The notes: generated from the sequence alone by a model not told the origin. A stretch of DNA of 64,000 nucleotides from Lama guanicoe (GCA_013239625.1 MU053379.1:814490-878489), one strand, 5' to 3'; positions 24,693 to 38,432 are shown, counted from the first letter of the stretch. Made by a program: numbers and translations.

Positions 24693-26576
24693 TGCAGACT
24701 CAGATGCTGCTCCTGTTTGGCTAGGAATGGGCAGGGTGAATAGGGGGGCGGGCCAGACCTGCTCCCTGTTAGGACTTGGCGTTGAGGGGGAAGTCTTCCC
24801 TTGGCCACCTCCTGCCACGTGGGCAAAGGATGCCCCAGGAAGGAATGAGCATCCCCGGCTTTGAGGTGGCCACTGTCCAGGCCGGTGGGAATCGGAAACA
24901 TCTGCCAGGGTTTCTGCGTCAGTCTCCCCGCAGCCAGATTGCTGTGAGCTGTGGTCCAAGGAGGGAGAGGGTGGTTCCTCTTCTCCCCATCATGGGCTCA
25001 CTTTCTGGAGCCTGCAGAGAAATGCAGAGGGGCCCTAGCAGGGCCATGATGGGAGCCCCCAACTCCAGCTTAACTTTCCCTCCCTGCCACAGGCTGGAAG
25101 TTGGAGGGTAAACCCAGACAGAAAGGGGAGAAGGGAGCATCAAGTTGCAACTTGGCTCCCAAGACAGCAAGATGAGGCCCTTTTGCCTGCAGCATTCCTG
25201 GAAACTTCACCTCTGGTCCCACAAGCCATGCATTCCCTGCCATCCTAGCCGCTCCGCGTGGAGGCTCTGATTACTGGACCGGCTAATGCCAGTGGCTGGG
25301 ATAGCAGAGGTGCCAGGCCAGACGGCAGACGGCTGGGATGCTGGGGGAGGAGACTGAGGAGAACCCGGGTCTTAACTTCCTGGGCTCTTAGTGACTCCAT
25401 CTGGAGAATGGGATGGGGCACACGTGAGAATCCGATGGAGTAAAGCGTGTCAGTGCTCAAAAGTGCCATTTACTATTGTAATTATCATCAGCGATGTTCC
25501 CTCCCCTGGGACAAAGCTCTGTTTCTCAATCCTGCTCCACGGACCACACCCCACCAACACCTACTGCACCAACGGGCTCAATCAACATTCAGTAAATGTC
25601 TGTATTTTTAAAACACTGAATTAATACACATCTCAGTAAAATCACCACTGAAAAGACAAGGATACCAATAAAGCAAAATCAAATCATTCTGAGCAACTAC
25701 ACTGCTTTTTACAAAAGACAGTTGAAGCAAAAGTTTAAAATGACCATGAAAGCTGGTTTTCTTCTCTTTTGAACAGCTGGATCTCAACTAAAAATTGTAA
25801 AACCCCAAACTCCCAACACTTGGGTATATTTTACCACTGGAATTCAGCTTTTATTCAATTTCGCTTTTTAAAAAATACATTCCCTTTGGTTACGATGAAG
25901 TTTGCTTGGCTTTATGTAACCGAAAGTACACAGAGGCCAGCGGGTTTTCCTGGAGAGGGCCCAGGACTCCCGGCCTGGACACTGGCTCTCATTCATTCTA
26001 GACTGGAGTGCCGCTGAACCAGCCCCAGGAGACGCGCATTGACTGTGACCTTAAATCTACAGGCTTTCCCAATCAGTGGCCCAGGGGTCTGTGTCCTCAG
26101 ACATCTCTTTTTCCACATGGTCCTTGGTCCTCAGCAGTAACAGTGATAAAACAGCACAAGAGGAATGAGAAAGCTCTCAGGACAAGGATTCGGAAAACCG
26201 GAGAATGCCATAGAACTTTGAATCGTGGGGTAATTTAATCTTTCCTTTGTGTGAATTTTTCACCCAGAGAGATTCTTCGGAGGAGGAAGAGGGGCAGGGT
26301 TCAGCTGACTTCATACTTGTCATGCTCCTCCTGCAGGGCTCCATCTTCCAGGACAAAGAAAGGAATTTGCATTTTTTGAATGGTCTTGCAGTTGAGTTCA
26401 CACAATTCAGTTTGCAGGGTGGGGCAGAGCAGATCACCTGTCTTTGGAAGATGCAGAAACTGAAGCTTGGAATCTGCAGGTTCTCACTTCAGGCTAACTG
26501 AGTTGCCTGTGGTCACACAGTTGGTTTGCGAAAACAAATTGACGCTATCGTGCCCTTCACCTGCTGGTCCCATGCG

Positions 26577-26843
26577 CAGTGGTTCTCAGTTGAGGGAGAT
26601 TCTGTCCTCTGGGGACACCTGCCAATGTCTGGAGGAGGTTATGACGGTCCCAGTTCAAGGAAGAGGGATATACCCATTCAGTGGCCCAGGGGTCTGTGGC
26701 CTCAAGTGCGTAGAGGACAGGAATGCTGCTAAACTTCCAACAGTGCACCCCAAGTCCCCTGGAGTCTCCCAGAGTCCCCCGGAGTCCCCGGCCCCAACCC
26801 AGAGTCCTCACAGGTGTAACAGTGCCAAGGGTTGGAAACTTTG
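26577..26843. mobile_element. MER20 carrying a foreign insertion of about 23 bp and a gagtcccc micro-expansion
   Basis: Sequence cagtggttctca...ggggacacctgccaatgtctggag...gtagaggacaggaatgctgctaaac...agtgccaagggttggaaactttg. Confidence 0.75.
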
Positions 26844-27161
26844 CGCCGGAACAATTGAGGAAGTGATGGGGTGGGAGCAGCTCTAACTCCTGTGTGTGTG
26901 CGTGTCTCCGAGAGAAATACTAGATCACAGGACCCAAGGGATCATCAGAGGGACACAAGGCTCTTGCTACTCAAAATATTGTTCCTGGACCAGCATCAGA
27001 AATGCAGGGTCCCGGGCCTCACCCTAGACTTACTGAGTCCAAAGCTGCCTTTTAACAGGATTCCCAAGTGATGCGTGTGCCCATTAAAGTTGAGAAGGAC
27101 AAGGTCAGGTTCATCCCAGGCTGGACAGCCCCCAAAGCCACCTGGAGAGATGCACGTTTAA

Positions 27162-27479
<318 letters not shown>

Positions 27480-27734
27480 ACCATGCTCCCGGGGCGCCCA
27501 TACATGCCGCCTGCGCACCCAGACTGGCTCCGAGTCATTCTTTTTGTTTTTCGCTTTAATGATACCCAGTCTTTTAAAAAAGCAGCTCAAGAATATCAAG
27601 GCCAAACACAAGAAAAACGGCCCCCAGATTCCACCACCCAGAAACAGCTGTACTTTTCACGAATGTCACGCCAGCCGTCTCTTAGCATACATTTACATAA
27701 ACGGGTGGGTTATTTTATTTAAAAATGGTAATTC

Positions 27735-27955
27735 ACACAAACTACTGTATGCAGAACAGATAAGCAGCAAGGTCCTACTGGAGAGCCCAGGGAACTCTAT
27801 TCAGTAGCTTGTAATGGCCTATAGTGAAAAAGAATGTGCATAGATATACATAGAGAGAGAATGTATACACACATAACTGAATCACTGTGCTGTACACCAG
27901 AAACTAACACAACACTGTAAATCAACCATACTTCAATAAAAATTAATTACTTAAT
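27735..27955 (+). mobile_element. 5'-truncated L1 3' end just downstream of the BANF2 stop codon
   Basis: Sequence caaggtcctactg...cagggaactctattca...actgaatcactgtgctgtacaccagaaactaacacaacactgtaaatcaaccatacttcaataaaa. It is the same family as the copies at 16567 and 35710. Confidence 0.85.
27935..27940 (+). terminator. First canonical AATAAA downstream of the BANF2 stop codon, lying in an L1 3' end
   Basis: I see no AATAAA or ATTAAA between 27480 and 27934. AATAAA is at 27935-27940 and ATTAAA at 27954-27959. Confidence 0.4.
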
Positions 27956-28889
27956 TAAAATGGGAAATACATTTTAAGTCAGTATGTAAGTTATCTATTG
28001 CTGCAAATGAACCCAAAACGTAGCCGCTTAACACAAAACAATAATTTTATCTCACTCAGTCTCTGAGGGTCAGGAACTGAGAGCCACTTAGCTGGGTGGA
28101 TCTGTCTCGGGGTCTCCTGGGAGGTCACAAACTGTGGGCCAGGTTGGCTGGGGCTGGAGGACTTACTTCCAAGCTGGCTCAGTCACGTGGCTGGTGGCCT
28201 GAGGCCTCAGCAGCTGTCTGCCTGGGCCTCCTGCAGGGAGGGCTGTCCCGGTGTGGCATCTAGCTTCCCCCAGAGTGGCAGGTCGGGGGGCCAAGAGGGA
28301 GTGAGAGGACACAAAGCCACCCCCTTTCATGACCTGGTCTCTGACTCACACAACATCACTTTGCCTTGTCCTGTTTTTAGAACCAAGTCCTCAGGGGAGG
28401 AGCATTAAACTGTCTCAAAATAGCAAATAGTATTTAACATGTTTAAGTGCATCACAGGTGAAGTCACATACGGTAAATCTGGCCTTTTGAGGTGTGTGGT
28501 TCTGTGACTTTTGGCAAATACGTTGTCCTGTAACCACCGTCACCACCAAGATAAAGGGCACTTACATCCCCCAAGGAGCTCGCTGGTGCCTCCCTGTAAT
28601 CATCCGCTCACCCCTCCCCAGCCCTTGGCAACCAGTGATCTGTTTTCTGTCCTTAGAGTTTTGGCTTTTGCAGAAAGCCGTATAAATGGAGTCACACAGT
28701 ATGTAGCTCTCTGAGACTGGCTCTTTCACTGAGCGTAATTCAGTTGGGATGAATCCATTACACACTTAATGCGTTTGCTAGTGCCCGGCCCGTATCCTTT
28801 TGGCACTCACTGTTCTAGGAGAGCCCAGTAACTTCCCTACAAGCACCTGAATTCCCTTGGCCGGAGGGGTCTCTGGCTGCAGGAGTGGG

Positions 28890-29224
28890 GTCAGCCTGTA
28901 GCACAGGGCAGGGAGGATGTGCCAGGGAGTTCCCGCCCGGGGAAGCCCTCGGTCATGGACAGAAGTTGATGGCTAAATGCCCCAGGGCCTCTCCCTTTGG
29001 GTGGGGCAGCTCTGAGGCGGTTTCCCCTGACTCCCCAGTGGGGCTGAGCCCAGTTACTCCATAGAGAGAGGTCCCGGCTCTTTAACACCCTGGCATTGCA
29101 GCCTTCCCCGCCCAGTCTCGCCTTCCCACTCCCCTACCAGGATTTCCTGGGACCACTCACACACACAATGAAATACTCAAATTTTCGTCTTAGTTCTCTT
29201 CTAGAAGAACCCAACCTAAGACAA
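28890..29224 (+). mobile_element. ERVL LTR16-like solo LTR
   Basis: Motifs ggctaaatgccccag, ccccagtggggctgagcccagttactccatag and ttcctgggaccact...gaacccaacctaagaca. Confidence 0.65.
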
Positions 29225-32200
29225 CAGTATTAAGATTTAATTTTATTTTATCAGAAGAAAAAAAAGTGGAACTGAACAGAAAGAATCACTGAGCTTCACT
29301 GAATTTCCTTCTTCATCATCATAGATCTAGTCAGTTCTGAGTCAATTACTTCTGAGTTTGAAGAATGACACTGGGGAAACAGTAAGAGAGAGACTAGTAT
29401 CATTAGGTTTGTTTTAAACTCTGTTTTTCAATATTACATGTTACAAACGCCTATAAAAAAAGAAATTAAAGTAAAAAGAAATGAATATTCTTACTTCTCT
29501 CCTCTCATTTTTAATTGGTTTTATTGTTAGTTTTAATTTGTCAAGGTTTCTACAGCATATACATTCTTCCCATAAGCATAACCCCTCAGTTATTTAGTAC
29601 TAGTTGTATATTCAAGAGCTTATCTTCAATCTTTGTTAGCATCATTATTTTAAAAGTCATAGCTTTGTCATTCCTGAGTTCTCTTTGTTGGTTGAGGCAT
29701 AGGCCAGCGTATGCTGCTGTAACCCCAGATTTCAGGGATGTCGCCAACAAAGGTTGATGTCTCTCTCAGGCTACATGTCCAGTCCGTGTCATCAGGAGAA
29801 GTCTGTCATAGTCACTCCGAGACTTAGGAAGATGGAGATTCCCTTTCAATACATGCTGCCGTGAGTACCACAGCTGTGGGAAGGAGCCACGACAAATCAC
29901 ACACTGTCTTTCAAAGCCATGCAAATATGTTCATGTTTCATCGGTCAAAGCAAATCACGTGGTCATACCTAACTCCAAATGGGGCAAAGAGTCTTCGGAA
30001 TTCAGAATATTTGTTGACAATGACAATCAAGACCATAGCCATCAATTAAGTTCATTATATTTTCTCTGAGTGCCTAACGAGTGTTACATTTCCTAAGTTC
30101 ATAATACGGCTGGGGTCTTTCTATTGGGGTCCACTTAACTCTCCTTAGCTCTGCTTCTCTAGCTTGCCCAAAGAGAAGCCAAAGAGGAGACTCCAGGTGA
30201 GCCAACTGGTTGATCCAAAGACTTCAATGGCTCCATCTCCTGAGACCTCAGGTTCTGACTATCCACATCCTTTCCCTGCTCGCTCCTCCACAGCTCACCC
30301 TTGGATTGATTCTCTACTGAAATAGTCATGGTATACGGAAGTCACTTACTGCCTAAGGCGGGAGCTGGTTGGCTCTAGGGAAAGAGGGAAGGAGCTTTAT
30401 TCCTCACTCGATTTCCACACTCCTCCGACATAGCTGAAATCCATCCCTTTAACCAGGTTAGTGTCTAGATCATGAAAGAATGGAGGGGATGACCCCCAAG
30501 ACTTAGGACCCTCCATTGAAGAACCCTGGCGCAGATACTAAAGACATGAGTAGCTGTTCCCTGTGTCGTGTAATTGGAGTAACACTGGGGATGATGCCTG
30601 TCCCTAAAATCTTCCCCATAAACACTAGGAACTCTCCCCACCCTCCATTCATTCCCTTCTATTCATTCTTGTCTTCCTTGGAGGTAAAATTACTGGCTTC
30701 AGTTCTTCACTTCTCCCTGTACTTCCCCACCTTTGTCCTGTGATTTTTGCAGACCACCTCCCCCCCGACTAGAGACAGAGTCACTCCCAGCCCCTTGATT
30801 TACCCTTGGCCAAGGGGCTTGCTTTGGCCCATGGTACAAGGCTGAAATGGCAGGGTGCCACTTCTGTATCTGCTCACCCTCTCGTAACTTAGCCAACACG
30901 GAAAGAAGAGCTACCCCCTTGGATAACTGCTGCCCCTACAGCCTGGGCCCCAGAATGAACCCAGGTGACTTGAGCCCACCCTGCAGGAAGGACCCAAGGC
31001 CAGCCAGACCTGCAGCTGATGCAAAGCTGTCCAGCTGAGCCCGGCGTGGATCAGCCAACCCTCAGCAGACACACAGATGGGTGAACAAGAATAAAGGATA
31101 GCCGTTAAAAGTCACTCATGTTTGGGACAGTTTGCAGTGCAGCAGTATCTAACTGATACGTGCCTTTCAGTCAAAAATGCCCTTATCCTGCCGAAGGGTG
31201 CCACAATAAAGTCCAACTAAACCTTAGATGGACCCGCAGCACCAGGCCAGGAGAAGACCACTGCCTCTGGAACCAGCCAACCATGGCTGTGAATTCCAGC
31301 TCTGCCCATCGCCACCTCATCCTGGATGAGCTATTGAACCTCACTGAGCCTCAGTTTTCTCATCTGTGTAATGGGTGCAGGAAGTAATTACCCTGCCTTG
31401 CAGGGTGGGTTAACTGAAGTAGTATACATCAGGTGCAGAGCAGGAGAACTGACTATTCTCAGCTGTCCTCTGAGCCTAGCCTCCCTAGTCCTTGGGCATC
31501 TTGTAGGTGGCACTCGGGGACAAGTCACAGCTGCGAGTTGGGAGGAAGCCCAGTTCTCAGCTTATCCAACCTAGTCCAATTCTGTCCAGTGACCAAGTAC
31601 TGGACACTATACAACTGTTAGGGACCATGCACACTAGTGAGTGGGCAAGAAAGGACAACCAATGAATGTGAGCTTATTTCAGATGTTGACTGAGATCCTG
31701 CAGGGTCCCATTAGTCCTGATCCCCAAGGCATTTTCAAGAGGAGCGGGCTTGCACATGAGTCCGCAGCGCAGTCCAAGGCTCCTCTTCTCCTTGGCAGGG
31801 CAGTTGCTTCAGTGATTCGGGGAAGAGTTGGTGCCTGAGAACCTTTACCAACCTTCTCGGGTTTGACCAGCACCTCAAACAGGAGCTGAAGCGACTGCAA
31901 GGAAGAGGGTTCAACACTGACCCTCGGCCAGTATCTGTAGTCAGGGGACAGCCATGACTCCATAAATGACTTTGATGGGTGTTCGTGGCATCTGTAAGGT
32001 TCTGAGCATGGTTAGACACTGTGGGAAAAGCAAGGAAAATGAGTATGAGTTTCTGTAGCTTGAAGGAGCTTATGGCCCAAGAGGTAATAGGACAAGGGGG
32101 AGGCGGGCACAAACAGCCCAGGTGTTAGGAAGGGCAGCCCAGTTTGCACCGTCCCAGAAGCAGACCCTGAGAAAAGGGTCTCGGGGAAAGTGGTATATTC

Positions 32201-33439
32201 GGGACATGCTGGGAAGCTCAGGTCGGGGAGTGGGGGGTGCGGCCAGGGGGGAAACAGCCAGTAAACGTGTGTGTCATTCTTTATCACCGTGCGCACCTGA
32301 CCGCAGTCCTGCCGGGGAACTCCAGGAGTCGGTGTAGATGCGCATTTGGTTACCCCACCTTGAGGTGTCCAAACACCACCTTATCTGTCATTTGCTGAGG
32401 GCTGCTCCCACAGGAAGTTAATTGCTCAGCTACCAAGCCTGCCATGTGGCAAAAATGAACTCTTCTACCCCGAGAAGGCGTTCAGGCCAAGAAGCGCAGG
32501 CGCGTGCACCAGGTGGTGACGCCCAGGGCACACCTGCAGGCCGGACACTGACAGCTTCTGCCACAGGGTGGCTTTTGGAGGAGGACAGACCTGGCTTTGA
32601 AAACAGAATCCACCCCTCACCACCAGCTCTAAGACCTTTGGAAAATCAACCTCTCAGCCCAGCTGCCCATCTATCTGTAAAATGGTGACACTGAGAATAT
32701 CTACTCAAGTGTCAAGAAGATTAAAATTCCTGCACCTGGTAAGAGCTTCCTGTGTGGTGTCTCTAAAAACCTGAGTGTTAAAAGGCACAGCACTGACTGT
32801 GTATTGATATTCAAAGAAACGCGAAGTGGGTATGGATGGGAGTGGTCAGGGAAGGCTGCTAGGAGGAGATGAGATTTGGGCTTGGTGTTGAAAGAGGAGG
32901 TCAGGGTTGAGTAAGCTGAGGGCAGAGAATAGGGCGGGGAGGAAGAAGGTGGACAAGGAGGCTGGGAGAGAAGGAGCTGCCAGGGGAAAGACAAACCCAG
33001 TTGGCCCAGAAAGAGTGAGTTGAGGGACCCAGTAGGACAGGTAAGGGGTGGGACTGGGGGCTGTCAGGTAAGAGGCTCTCATTTCCCCCAACAGATGCCG
33101 AGTGTGAGCTGATACCTGGCCTGGTTTGAGAAGCCAGTTACTGCAGGGTCTCCATCCTGAGTGAGGTGAGTGCTCTCAGCAGTCAGCAGGGACCAGGACT
33201 CCCTCTGTGCCGATAACCCAGGTAGGGGGCCCTGCTCCCCACCCCTGAGAAAGATGCTGCAGTAACTGATTCTAAAAATGCCCACAACCCTCCAGGCCTC
33301 CAGGTACCCACACCCTTCCCGTGACTCTGCAGCTCCTCTTGCTAAGAGGAGAGTCTATCTCCCTTCCTGTTGAATCTGGACTAACCCTGTGACTTGCTTT
33401 GGCCAAAAGAATATAGCAGATATGACAGGGACAGACAGG

Positions 33440-34380
33440 CCATGGCTGAGAGCCGTGGGAAGGCTGGGAGAAAACATTACAGGCGGAGGAGAGAGCCCGT
33501 GCAAAGGCCCTGAGGTGGCGTGTGTCAGATAAGTTCAAGGGGTGGGGTGAGCCAGGTGGAGGGCAGCAGGAAATGTGGCTGCAGAGAAAGCGGGTGGGAT
33601 CAGACCATGTAGGGCCTTGTAGGTTGTCAACAGGACTTTGACTTTGACTCTGATGGAGATGGAAACCCATTGGAGGCCCACATCATCAGACAGATGTTTG
33701 AGAAGCTCACTCTACTGGGTTCAGAAGAGTCTCAAGGGGTGAAGGTGAGAACAGAGACCAGTCAGGAAGCTCTACAGGAATCCAGGTAAGAGGAGATAAT
33801 GGGTCAGACCAGGATCTGTCCTGAAGCCGGAGCCACGGGAAGTGAGAGCGGATAGAAAAGGGAAGGGGATCAAGGGCTGAGCCCTGGGCGCTCCAGGGTT
33901 TGGAAGGCAGAGGGGTAAGGGGGGGTCACCCCTGAAGGCGTAGGCTCCTGAACGTTGTGGGAAGAAGGTGCCTCCGGGGGAGGGAGGGGCACCTGTGTCA
34001 GGAGCTGCTGATAGGTCCGGTGAGGTGAGGAGTGGGAGTCAGCGCTGGGGATCACTTTTTCAGGCTGCACGGAAGATCCCAGGGAGAGGGGAGCTTTGGT
34101 GATGCGGGAGAGAGAGGGAAGCACTGTCCTCGAGTAAGCGACGGGTGGGATTCAGGGCACGGGAGGCAGGACCGGCCTTGGCTGGGAGCACAGGCTGCCC
34201 CGCTGGGACCACCGGAGGGAAGGAAGAGCGGAGGCCTGATGCGACGGAGTGGGCCGCATGCGGTGGGCGATTCCAGAATTTCTCTTCTGATGGCTTCCGT
34301 TTTCTCAGTGTGATGGGAAGCACAACTGGGGCTGTGAACGAGGATGGGGTGGAGTTGGTTGTTCAGGACAGTGGAAGGAC
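33440..34380 (-). mobile_element. L2 LINE fragments
   Basis: Motifs gtgcaaaggccctgaggtgg, cagaccatgtagggccttgtagg and ttctcttctgatggcttc...ttttctcagtg. Confidence 0.65.
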
Positions 34381-35709
34381 AGGTGGGTTCTATAGGAGAT
34401 TCACTTCTGTACATATGTAGATAGAAATGGAGACATAGACCCATAGATGTGAAATTTTTACCAGTATTACTTTTGTGATCAGGAAAAAAAATAGAAGACA
34501 TTTCCATTTTGGAACACAAAGAATGAGAGCTTGAGGGACAAGGTGGACTGAGGCCCTTAGGGCAGCCATCTCATGTGGCCCACACCCCGTCTCTCCCCTG
34601 GATTCTCCCACAGGACTGCTCTCCCATCCTGAGCTCTGGCCTTCTGGGCCAAGGGAGAGGTCCTCTTAGACTTCTCCAACCTGGAGACTCTTGGACTTCC
34701 TTTTTCACCCGCCCCACTCTCTGATTCCCCTGTACTTCCCGAAGGTCAAGGTCACCTTGGAGAAGAGGGTCATTGTCTTTATGGACCCGTTTCTACTAGA
34801 TTCTTCCATAGCTGTGCATTGTTTCCCCTCTGTGGTCAAGTCTCTGGTTTATTTTAAGGACAAGCCTTACTACACAAACTATGCTGTTTGATTGCATGGC
34901 CTGGTCCAGTGACTGGATCTTCTTGGACTAGACTGAGGGGCCGCTGTGGCCGGGACACTGGACAGAAATTCAGAAGAATTGGATGATGCCACAAGTGGGT
35001 CTGAGGCCACAGACAAATCCCTAGACTTGTCTGTGCAAGGAGGAAAATATCTGATTGTCCTACCTCCCAGCTTTGCTTTGAAGAAAACTCAAAAATAGAC
35101 AGAAAGGCATTTTACATGGAGAAGAAGATGGGGGTACCCCCACAGCAGTGGGGTGTGTAGCTACTGCATTATCTTATTTTGGTAGCAGCTACGGATGGCT
35201 GATGGCAGTGACAGCTGAGCTCTCGTTGTTTGCGCTCACTAGTCAGTACCCGCCAGGTTGTGCTGTGACAACAACAACAAAACAAGAATTCAAGGGCTTA
35301 AAACAGCAAAGCTTTATATCTCACCCACAGCACGTGCCCTTCTCGGGTCTGCTGGAGATGGTTCTGGGCTGCCCTCACTCCAGGACCCGGGCTGACAGAG
35401 CAGCCCCATCTGGAACATTCCAAGTTTGCTTCAGCAGAAAAAGAGCCTTGGGGGTGCTCACACCAGCAAGTTCATGTGCTGGCTCAGAAGAGACACGTCA
35501 CTTTCACTAACAAATCATTGGCCAGGATTTGTCATATAGTCCCACCCAATCCCAAAGGGACCAGGCAGTGCTGCCTGCCAGCAGAGGGGAGCAGGGAAAA
35601 CTGGGGGAAACATCACAACTCACTACCATGAAGTCCTACCCTGGAGGGTGTGAGATTCACAGAAATTCCAAGAAGGCTCTGCTCCATGCCATGCTTGTCC
35701 CTTTTCTTT

Positions 35710-36810
35710 TCGTTTTTTTTTAGTTCAAGTATAGTCAGTTTACAATGTTGTGTTGGTTTCTGGTGTACAGCATAGGGATTCAGTTATATATACATACATA
35801 TTCTTTTTCATGTTCTTTTCCATTATAGGTTATTATAAAATATTGAATATAGTTTCCTGTGTCATACAGTAGGACTTTGTTGTTTATCTATTTTTATATA
35901 CAGTAGTTTGTATCTGCAAATTCAAAACTCCCAGTTTATCCATCTCCACCCCCTTTCCCCTGGTAGCCATAAGATTGTTTACTATGTCTGTGAGTCTGTT
36001 TCTGTTTTGCAGATGAGTTCATTAGTGTCCTCTTTTTTTATTTTTTAAATTCCACATATGAGTAATATCATATGATTTTTTCTTTCTCTTTCTGGCTTAG
36101 TTCACTTAGAATGACAATCTCCAGATCCATCCATGTTGCTGCAAATGGCATTATTTTATTCTTTTTATGGCTGAGTAGTATTCCATTGTATATATATACC
36201 ACAGCTTCTTTATCCAGTCATCTGTCGATGGACATTAGATTGTTTCCATGTCTTGTCTATTGTAAATGGTGCTGCTATGAACACTGAGGTGCATGTATCT
36301 TTTTGAATTAGTGTTNNNNNNNNNNNNNNNNNNNNNNNNNNNNNNNNNNNNNNNNNNNNNNNNNNNNNNNNNNNNNNNNNNNNNNNNNNNNNNNNNNNNN
36401 NNNNNNNNNNNNNNNNNNNNNNNNNNNNNNNNNNNNNNNNNNNNNNNNNNNNNNNNNGTCCACACCCTCTCCAGCATTTATCATTTGTGGACTTTTTAAT
36501 GGTGGCCATTCTGACTCATTTGAGGTGATACCTCATTGTAGTTTTGATTTGCATTTCTTTGATAATTAGTGATATTGAGCATCTTTTCATGTGCCTGTTG
36601 GCCATCTATAGGTCTTCACTGGAGCAATGTCTGTTTATATCTTCTGCCCATTTTTTGATTGGGTTGTTTGTTTATTTTCTTATTGAGTTGTGTGAGCTGT
36701 TGTTATATTCTAGAAATCAAGCCCTTGTCAGTCACATCATTTGCAAATATTTTCTCCCATTCTGTAGGTTGTGTTTTTCTTTTGTTTTAGTTTCCTTTGC
36801 TCTGCATATG
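35710..36810 (-). mobile_element. About 1.1-kb 5'-truncated L1 (ORF2 C-terminus plus 3'UTR) spanning a gap
   Basis: ORF 36210..36509(-) reads MATIKKSTNDKCWRGCG...IQKDTCTSVFIAAPFTIDKTWKQ, which is the L1 ORF2 C-terminal region. It has a 14-bp TSD, tgtcccttttcttt (35696-35709, 36811-36824). Confidence 0.92.
36316..36457. other. Assembly gap (N run)
   Basis: A run of N inside an L1 copy. Confidence 1.
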
Positions 36811-36942
36811 TGTCCCTTTTCTTTGTCTTTTTGCAATTTTACCACCATCATATATATAGAAGAATTTACAGAAGATTCATAACTCCTCCTCAAAAACAAC
36901 CATCCAATATTTTATTGTATTTCTTCTCACTCTTTGCTTGCA

Positions 36943-37077
36943 NNNNNNNNNNNNNNNNNNNNNNNNNNNNNNNNNNNNNNNNNNNNNNNNNNNNNNNNNN
37001 NNNNNNNNNNNNNNNNNNNNNNNNNNNNNNNNNNNNNNNNNNNNNNNNNNNNNNNNNNNNNNNNNNNNNNNNNNNNN
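36943..37077. other. Assembly gap (N run)
   Basis: A run of N next to L1 sequence. Confidence 1.
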
Positions 37078-37310
37078 AGGATATTTTCATCACCCCCCAA
37101 AGAATCCCCATTAGCAGTTCCACTAGCTGTCAGTCCCCGCCACCCCTAGCCAGGCCCCTGGTGACCACTAATCTACTTTCTGCCTCTATGGATTTGCCTG
37201 TTCTGGACATTTCATATAAATGGACTCATACACTTTGCGGGCTTTCGTGACTGGCTTCTTTCACCGAGCATAACGTGTTCAAGGCTCATCCACGGGACAG
37301 CTGGTACAAG
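37078..37310 (-). mobile_element. L1MB-like 3'UTR fragment
   Basis: Sequence ccactaatctactttctgcctctatggatttgcctgttctggacatttcatataaatgga. Confidence 0.8.
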
Positions 37311-37349
37311 TGACCATTTTGAAAACCAAATGGACTAAAATCAAAAATG

Positions 37350-37495
37350 TTCTATGTTCAATACCTTGTAATAGCCTAATAATGAAAAAGAATATGAAAA
37401 GGAGTATATATGTATAACTGAATCACCACGCTGTACACCAGAAATTAACACAACATTGTAATCAACTCTACTTCAAGAAATAAACAAATAAATGC
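37350..37495 (+). mobile_element. Short L1 3' end (cetartiodactyl type)
   Basis: Sequence aatgaaaaagaatatgaaaagg...actgaatcaccacgctgtacaccagaaattaacacaacattgtaatcaactctacttca. Confidence 0.8.
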
Positions 37496-38432
37496 CCTGT
37501 ACATTAAAGTACAAAAATAAATACATAAATTTTTTTAAAAATGGAGAACCTACCAAACATCAGTCATCCTGGTTCCTTCATTTGTATGTTTTAAACATTT
37601 TCCCTCATTATTAAATCTTTTAAAAATAGTCTTTAACAGTTATGTAACAGTTCATCAAATTTATGTGCCATGATGTGTTGAGCTGTGTCCCTAGTTTTGG
37701 ACTTTGAGGTGGTTTCTACTGGCAGGTATCCATGTTTTATTGAATGAAGGAACGAATGAATGAATGATTGGGGCCTTCAATATAGATCTGCAGCGTTTCC
37801 CATTCCTCCTTTAACAAGACGCCTAGAAATGGATCTTCGTGGGTGGGAAAATGGGCATTTTTAAAAGCTTTCATACTTACTGCAACTGCTTTTCTAGAAA
37901 GGATGACCCAGTCTGCCAAATGTGGCTTTGTGTTAGCCTGACCACATCTCACTCAGAGTAAAACCAGATTCCTTACCATGGCCCAGGAGGACCTGCAGTC
38001 TGGCCTGTTCGCTCTCTAACCACCTCTGTCTCTCGCCCACTGGCTCTCGCCGCTCCAGCCAGGCTGGCCTCCCTGTTGATCCTTAGACACAACATCACAC
38101 CCCACTGCAGGCAGGGTGGTCAGTGGCCTCTGCGTGGCTGTTCCCTGTGCCTGGAGCCCCTTCCCTGGTCTCCTCACAGCTCACGCATTCCCTTCAAGGC
38201 TCTGCTTACAAGACGCTTTCTCAGAGAGGCCTTCCCATTAAAAATGTCACCCCCAGCATCCCCTATCCGCTGTCCCAGCTTTATCACCTTCTAATATGAT
38301 GCATAATTTGCTTATTTTGTCTCCTGTTTCAATCCACCGCAATTAATAATTAGGGCCTGACCCGGGACCTGGCATGGAGAGACGCTCAGTAAATAAGTGG
38401 GTTTTTAAAATGAATTTTACATCACACTGAGA

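Noticed and set aside
36072-36882. Hydrophobic + strand ORFs resembling membrane proteins
   Set aside because: They are antisense translations of L1 ORF2 and its 3'UTR.
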